From positions 1-51,379 of the forward strand of contig CAYYWO010000001.1 in assembly GCA_964474885.1 (NCBI GenBank): a DNA stretch of 51,379 nt, given 5' to 3'. The notes under the pieces were generated by a model, which worked only from the letters and a program-made list of their open reading frames with translations, made no database searches and had not been told where the DNA came from. Shown here piece by piece: positions 46,215 through 51,379 of the stretch. Both the position numbers and the translations under genes were made by a program. Source of the stretch: Candidatus Hadarchaeota archaeon (GTDB taxonomy: Archaea; Hadarchaeota; Hadarchaeia; Hadarchaeales; JAWBSP01). Numbering within the stretch: the first letter of the stretch is position 1; the number at the start of each line of letters is the position of its first letter.

Positions 46215-48311
46215 TTACGAGAGGACGACTTTCACGTCCACAGCTTGGCAGCCCTCTCCCTCATCATAGACAAAGAGGGGGTTGATGTCCATTTCCGATA
46301 TCTCAGGGATGTCCGTGACCAGCGAACTCGTCCTCAGCAGGACTTGGATAACTGAGTCTATATCACTTGGCCTCGCCCCACGGAAGCCTTTCAGCAGGTA
46401 GTATGCCTTGGTTTCTGTTATCATGTCCTCGGCCTCCTTGGGGGAAAGAGGAGTGAGTCGATACGAGATGTCTTTAAAGAGCTCCGTTAACGCACCCCCC
46501 AAACCAAACATTATGACGTGCCCGAAGACGGGGTCTCTGTTAACTCCAATTATCACCTCCTTCCCTTTCGGTGCCATCTTTTGGATCGTGACCCCGTAAA
46601 TCTGGGCAGTAGGGAGGTTGGATGAAACGCTCCTTGAGATGCGCTCGTAAGCCTCCTTGAGTTCGCTTTCGTCCCGTATGTTCAGGGCGATCCCCTCCAC
46701 ATCAGCCTTGTGCAGGATGTCGGGGGAGGCTATCTTCAGCGCAACGGGATATCCCATCTCGTTCGCAAGCTCGATGGCCTGCTCGAGGGAGGTCGCAAGC
46801 TTGGTGGGGACAGCTGGGATGCCATACCTCCTGATGAGCTCGATGGCTTCGGGTTCTAGGAGCGTCTTCCTCTTCTCGGCCCGTGCTTTCTGTATCAGAG
46901 ACTTGGCGGTCGATATACCCTTTGGAATGGGGGTGGACATCCCTTCCAGCAACTCCCTCACTCTCCGGTACTCACACAGACTAGCCATGGCCTTGACCGC
47001 CCGCTCGGGCATGTCAAAGGTGGGTATGCCTCTCTCAATCAGGAAGTTGACAGCCCTTTCTACCTGCTCCCCTCCGAGGAAGATCGCCAAAATGGGCTTA
47101 TCCGGATGCTTCTTGTTCAGCTCAACGATGGCCTTGGCGGTTTCCATAGGTTCCGTCATGGCCTGAGGAGTCAGTGCAATTATCGCCCCGTCAACATTGC
47201 GGTCGCTCAGTACAGCGTCGATGGCGATTCGGTACCTGCTAGCTCTGGCATCTCCTATCACATCTATGGGATTTGCGATCGATGCCATAGGTGGCAGGTT
47301 TGAGCGGAGGAAGTCTTTGGTGGATTCGCCTAATTCTGCAAGTTTCAGTCCGTGGGCCAGAATCTGGTCAGCCGTGACCACGCCCACTCCACCAGCATTG
47401 GTTATAATACAAACCTTGTTGCCTTGGGGAGGCTCCTGAAAGGAGAAAGCCATGGCGATGTCAAAGAATTCGGTTAGGTCTGAGGTGAGAAAAATACCCG
47501 CCTTTTTTGTGGCGGCCCTGAGAGCCGCAGAGCTGCCAATCATAGCTCCCGTATGGCTCTTGGCGGCTCGAGCTCCTGCGTCAGTTACTCCTCCTTTCAG
47601 GAGAACGATGGGCTTCCTCCTGCTGACCCTAGCGGAGACTTCAACGAACCTCTTCCCCTGCTCGATGGATTCCAGATAAAGCAGTATGACTCGGGTATAG
47701 GGGTCATCACCTAGAGCCTCGATGAAATCCGTCTCGTTGAGGTCTGCCTTGTTTCCGAGACTCACGATTTTGGAAAAACCTATCCCCCTCCGCAGGGACC
47801 AATCCAGAATGGCCGAGATGAGGGCACCACTTTGGGAGATAAATGCAATGTTTCCTCTCTTTGGCATCTTGCCCGAGAAACTGGCATTGATAGGGGTGTG
47901 GAGATCCAAGATCCCTAGGCAGTTGGGCCCTACTATTCTGAGATTGTACTTCTTTGCGATTCCAGTGATCTTAATTTCTCTCTTCTGCCCCTCCTCCCCC
48001 ACCTCACGGAAACCAGCAGAAATTATCACGGCGAAGGGGATTCTTTTTTTCCCACATTCCTCAACAACGGACGGAACCACGGAAGCCGGGACAGCGATCA
48101 CGGCAAGATCCACATCAGTTGGTATGTCTAGGACGGAGGGATAGGCCTTCAACCCGAGGATTTCATCGGCCCTGGGATTTACCGGGAAAACTTCCCCCCT
48201 GAAACCGCTTCGGATAATGTTTTGGAGGGTAGCGTGCCCAACTTTGTGAGGTTCTCTTGAGGCACCTATGACGGCAACACTCTTGGGGTTAAAAAGCCTT
48301 GTCAGCCCCAT
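46215..48311 (-). CDS. acd: Acetate--CoA ligase (ADP-forming), fused alpha/beta
   Basis: PKSVAVIGAS, GPNCLG, SQSGA, KSHTGA (phospho-His), NPID, ATP-grasp HKAD..DINPL. Confidence 0.93.
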   Translation of the reverse strand: MGLTRLFNPKSVAVIGASREPHKVGHATLQNIIRSGFRGEVFPVNPRADEILGLKAYPSVLDIPTDVDLAVIAVPASVVPSVVEECGKKRIPFAVIISAGFREVGEEGQKREIKITGIAKKYNLRIVGPNCLGILDLHTPINASFSGKMPKRGNIAFISQSGALISAILDWSLRRGIGFSKIVSLGNKADLNETDFIEALGDDPYTRVILLYLESIEQGKRFVEVSARVSRRKPIVLLKGGVTDAGARAAKSHTGAMIGSSAALRAATKKAGIFLTSDLTEFFDIAMAFSFQEPPQGNKVCIITNAGGVGVVTADQILAHGLKLAELGESTKDFLRSNLPPMASIANPIDVIGDARASRYRIAIDAVLSDRNVDGAIIALTPQAMTEPMETAKAIVELNKKHPDKPILAIFLGGEQVERAVNFLIERGIPTFDMPERAVKAMASLCEYRRVRELLEGMSTPIPKGISTAKSLIQKARAEKRKTLLEPEAIELIRRYGIPAVPTKLATSLEQAIELANEMGYPVALKIASPDILHKADVEGIALNIRDESELKEAYERISRSVSSNLPTAQIYGVTIQKMAPKGKEVIIGVNRDPVFGHVIMFGLGGALTELFKDISYRLTPLSPKEAEDMITETKAYYLLKGFRGARPSDIDSVIQVLLRTSSLVTDIPEISEMDINPLFVYDEGEGCQAVDVKVVLS

Positions 48312-48398
48312 TTTAAAAATTTCAGGCAAACTTAAACTTCTGCGGACGTTTGGATTTTAGTGAAGGAAAGGAACGGATCTCCATTGCTACAACTAAAC

Positions 48399-48448
48399 TG
48401 TTTATCTGTTACAAACACCTTGCAGAAGTGTTTATCTATTATAAACAC
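48399..48448. promoter_or_regulatory. Two tandem palindromic 20-bp boxes (putative TF sites)
   Basis: TGTTTATCTGTTACAAACAC (48399) and TGTTTATCTATTATAAACAC (48429): 18/20 identical, 30-bp spacing. Confidence 0.6.
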
Positions 48449-48509
48449 ATGGTCTCGGACACTTGCAGGTTTCACAGACAAGTTGGGGAGGGACTAGATC
48501 AAGCCAAGC

Positions 48510-49205
48510 CTAACTACTTCTAGAGATTCTAGTTAGCTCCATGATAGGTCGTTCATATTGGAGAAGAAACATCGCATGGTCTTTCTCGAAGGGATCTAGG
48601 TGCAGGATGTCGAGCACTTTGAACTTGGACCCGAGCTTTTCCGCCTCGCGCTTGTAGATGGTTCTGGGATCGGCTGTGACGTCGATAGCTCTGGCTTTGA
48701 GTGCCAAGAAGGCGAAACCGCGTTCTTTCAGGAAAACCTCCGCATTCCGTAGCAGAATGTCTGTCTGATCTGGTTGGGCGACATCCTCGTAGATCACATC
48801 CACCTCACCGACGAAAAAGCGGTAGGCTTCAGGGTGGCGGGCATCCGCCAGAATCGGTAGCATGTTCTCTCTATTTTTGCATGACAGGATGAGTTCCATC
48901 ATTGGCCTGTGGGAAAATTCAACACAGTAGACAACCCCCTCGGGTCCAACCAAGTCGGAGATGTGACTCGCTGTTGTGCCGGAGCCCGCCCCCAAGTACA
49001 GCACTTTGCTCCCATGAGTGAGGGGCAGATCCCTCAACCCTTTTATGAGGGCAGCGGAAAGCTTGCTCCTGAAGGGATTCCATACTCTGTACTCCTTCCC
49101 CCCGATCTGGACGAGCTCCTCTCCGTATACCTTCGTCCCAGGGGTCAGGTTCAGGGTGGCAGGCCGTGCCTTCCCGCCCATCTCCACCCACTTAAGCCTC
49201 TCCAT
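48510..49205 (-). CDS. flpA: Fibrillarin rRNA/tRNA 2'-O-methyltransferase
   Basis: VYGE, YRVWNPFRSKL, VLYLGAGSGTTASH, DVAQPDQ, PFEKDH. Confidence 0.96.
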   Translation of the reverse strand: MERLKWVEMGGKARPATLNLTPGTKVYGEELVQIGGKEYRVWNPFRSKLSAALIKGLRDLPLTHGSKVLYLGAGSGTTASHISDLVGPEGVVYCVEFSHRPMMELILSCKNRENMLPILADARHPEAYRFFVGEVDVIYEDVAQPDQTDILLRNAEVFLKERGFAFLALKARAIDVTADPRTIYKREAEKLGSKFKVLDILHLDPFEKDHAMFLLQYERPIMELTRISRSS

Positions 49206-50289
49206 GTAGGATCTCCTCAACCTTGCGCTGGAGGTCTGCAGACAGCTCATCTCCGATGAATCTCTTGGTGGTCGCATCCACACGTGCCGCGATGGCGAGT
49301 TTGTTGGCAAGCGCTCGAGCGATTTTTCCCCTAACCTTTTTTGGTGCACCTCTCACCAGGGGATGGAGAAATATCAGGCCATGTTTCGGCCTCTTTCCCT
49401 TGGTTTTCAGCGCCCTGAAGAGGGCCTTTTCAGCCCCGAGCACTTGGAGGTGGCTGGCCGTCATCCTCCCCAGCTCCTCCAGTCCTCCCACTTTTGAGAG
49501 CATCTTAGCCGCCAGAACCCCCCCGAGGATCGCGGAGGTGTTGGGGGCGATTTCGCTCATCAGGGAGCCTAGCTGTTTCTCGATCTCCTGCTTCAGCTCG
49601 AGCGCTTCCAGCAGATTTTTCGCGCAAGATTTCATGAGTTGCAAAACATCTGGATTGAGCTCACTACCTACGGAATGCGAGGCCATTTCCAGGATTTTGG
49701 AGCCAACTTGTCCGAACTCCTCCAACCCTGCTTCCTGCAGTTCATGTCTTGACCCTATGGAGATGATTTTCAGCCTTTGTGGCAGATCAAGGCTCAAGTC
49801 CTCGATTTCGGGGAAATGGTGGAGATACAGCTCAAACAAAATCGATGCAATGGCATTCACGTGCTTCTCTATGTTTTCCATTACCCTGACGCCAAGGGCG
49901 ACTATGCTCTCACTCCTCCCCAGCTCGTGCCTGATTTTCTGAAGGACGAGGGGTGATGCGATGTCCGAGACCTGTTTCGCGGGCAGCTTGGACAGGTTCT
50001 TTCTGGCCAGCTTTCCTGCGGGGTTGGGGAAGGCAACCTCGAATCTCAGATTGGGGAACCTTTGGGTGAGCCGGGCCAGCATTTCCTTCGATTCCAGCAC
50101 AAACACGGTGTATCCCCGCTTTGACAACTCCTCGATTAGCTGCAGATGCTCGGCAGTCGGCTCGCCAGAGATGATCTGCTCGATCTTTTTCAGCCTCTCA
50201 GCTGGTGGGAAGGTTCTCTTCCACAGCTCTCGGCCCCCTTCGTCGCATGCGAAAATCCCCTCAACGGTTTCGGCGATGTGAACCTTCAT
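49192..50289 (-). CDS. nop5: Box C/D RNP protein Nop5
   Basis: HFPEI, APNT, QVLGAEKALFR, PKHGLIF, RGKIARALANKLAIAARVD. Confidence 0.94.
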   Translation of the reverse strand: MKVHIAETVEGIFACDEGGRELWKRTFPPAERLKKIEQIISGEPTAEHLQLIEELSKRGYTVFVLESKEMLARLTQRFPNLRFEVAFPNPAGKLARKNLSKLPAKQVSDIASPLVLQKIRHELGRSESIVALGVRVMENIEKHVNAIASILFELYLHHFPEIEDLSLDLPQRLKIISIGSRHELQEAGLEEFGQVGSKILEMASHSVGSELNPDVLQLMKSCAKNLLEALELKQEIEKQLGSLMSEIAPNTSAILGGVLAAKMLSKVGGLEELGRMTASHLQVLGAEKALFRALKTKGKRPKHGLIFLHPLVRGAPKKVRGKIARALANKLAIAARVDATTKRFIGDELSADLQRKVEEILHGEA

Positions 50290-50333
50290 AAACAATGTTG
50301 CTTTTCACCTTATCATTCGAAATCAACTTTACG

Positions 50334-51005
50334 ATGAGGATAGCAGCCTGCGGGGACATACACGCCCCCAAATTTTTGGACCTCTTCGCAGAGAGTCTTC
50401 CCAGTTTAGGTAGGGTTGATCTGTTCATCCTGGCGGGGGATGTGGTCCTCAAGAACGATTTCACCCAGCTAACCCATGTGGTCAGAAGGATAAGGGAGGT
50501 CTATGGAGGGCGCATCGTAGCCTGTTTTGGGAACGAAGAATACGAGCAAAACAAACCTGAGTACCTCAAGTTCCAAGAGATAACTTGGCTCGACGACGAG
50601 GCAATGACGATCGAGGCGGAAGGGAAGAGGGTAGGGATCGTGGGCTCGCGGGGCTCCCTCGATAGACCGACCTTCTGGCAAAGGAGGAATATACCCGGGA
50701 TCTGGAGGAGGTATAGGGAGCGTGTGACAAAAATGGATTCGCTTCTAGCCGACCTCGCAGCTGACGTAACAGTAGTGGTCACACACTACGCACCAACTTA
50801 CCGCACCCTCATCGGCGAGAGGGAGTCAGCTTGGCCCGAAATGGGATGTCGGAGAATGGAGGAGGTAATTCTGAGAAGGAGACCAGACTACTGGCTCCAC
50901 GCTCACGCGCACAGGAGCACCTCGCTGGTCGTGAGGATAGGGGAGACCCTTGTGATGAACGTTTCCCTCCCTGCGGTTGGGAAAGTAACAGTTTTTGACA
51001 TTTGA
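50334..51005 (+). CDS. Metallophosphoesterase
   Basis: GDIH, AGD, GNEE, THYAP, HAHAH. Confidence 0.88.
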   Translation: MRIAACGDIHAPKFLDLFAESLPSLGRVDLFILAGDVVLKNDFTQLTHVVRRIREVYGGRIVACFGNEEYEQNKPEYLKFQEITWLDDEAMTIEAEGKRVGIVGSRGSLDRPTFWQRRNIPGIWRRYRERVTKMDSLLADLAADVTVVVTHYAPTYRTLIGERESAWPEMGCRRMEEVILRRRPDYWLHAHAHRSTSLVVRIGETLVMNVSLPAVGKVTVFDI

Positions 51006-51083
51006 AAGCATTTCTGTTCGGTTGGGCCTCCCGGGCTCTTCTTAATAGCCCTATTTAAATACTCGAGAAACAAGAAAAGAAAG

Positions 51084-51379
51084 TTGAGGGCGAAGACCGG
51101 AATACCCGGCCTCATCGTGCTCTTCCTGCTATCTAGCATACTGATAATTACAAACTTGGTCCTCGCAACCGGCGACTACTTCCTCGATAACTGGAATGAA
51201 AACTTCGCGCTGGGGGTTCACGAGAACACTGAAAACATAAACAATCAGCTCCGTCTCGCTCCTGAGAATACCTCCGGTCGCTTTACCTCTCGAGTGCTAG
51301 ATGCCGGGGAAAATGTGAGATGGGACAACATCGTGTGGGAAGGAAGTAAACCGACTGCATTTGTGCAGGAGAACGACAA
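51084..51379 (+). CDS. Secreted surface protein, 3'-partial (not in the ORF track)
   Basis: TTG start after TTTAAAT; MRAKTGIPGLIVLFLLSSILIITNLVLA signal peptide, then TGDYFLDNWNENFALGVHENTEN..GRFTSRVLDAGENVRWDNIVW; frame open to the window end. Confidence 0.8.
   Translation, partial: MRAKTGIPGLIVLFLLSSILIITNLVLATGDYFLDNWNENFALGVHENTENINNQLRLAPENTSGRFTSRVLDAGENVRWDNIVWEGSKPTAFVQEND

Noticed and set aside
48399-48448. Mini-CRISPR array or replication origin ORB boxes
   Set aside because: Only two 20-bp units with a 10-bp gap, no G-string ORB motif, and no cas or cdc6 nearby.
203-51139. Numerous short antisense and alternate-frame ORFs in the track
   Set aside because: They overlap well-supported genes and carry no recognisable motifs.

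Overview
Archaeal chromosomal segment. Archaeal markers are a-type LeuS, PolB, Nop5-fibrillarin, Lsm-L37e and a tRNA-Trp intron with C/D boxes. The protein style suggests a thermophilic Hadarchaeota-like lineage, which is inference only. Housekeeping content: leuS, rpl37e/lsm, a partial DAP lysine operon, apgM, a glycogen cluster, polB, map, ADP-forming acetate-CoA ligase, nop5/flpA and four tRNAs. Accessory content: three large surface proteins (two truncated by window edges), three MinD-family ATPases, two AAA_14/DUF4143 ATPases, decayed HEPN/MNT modules around a tRNA-Arg pair, and a ~2 kb insert bounded by a duplicated leuS 3' end. Best novelty candidates: (1) a ~230-nt highly structured stand-alone ncRNA upstream of polB that I cannot assign to RNase P, SRP or any riboswitch; (2) giant membrane-anchored surface proteins, each followed by a MinD-like ATPase, with a strong [DE]-N dipeptide bias, one also carrying an unrecognised 16-aa Trp repeat; (3) a coupled pair of apparently catalytically dead enzymes next to that RNA; (4) an SDR gene flanked by two paralogous amphipathic-helix proteins. 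All assignments were made by eye, without database searches.
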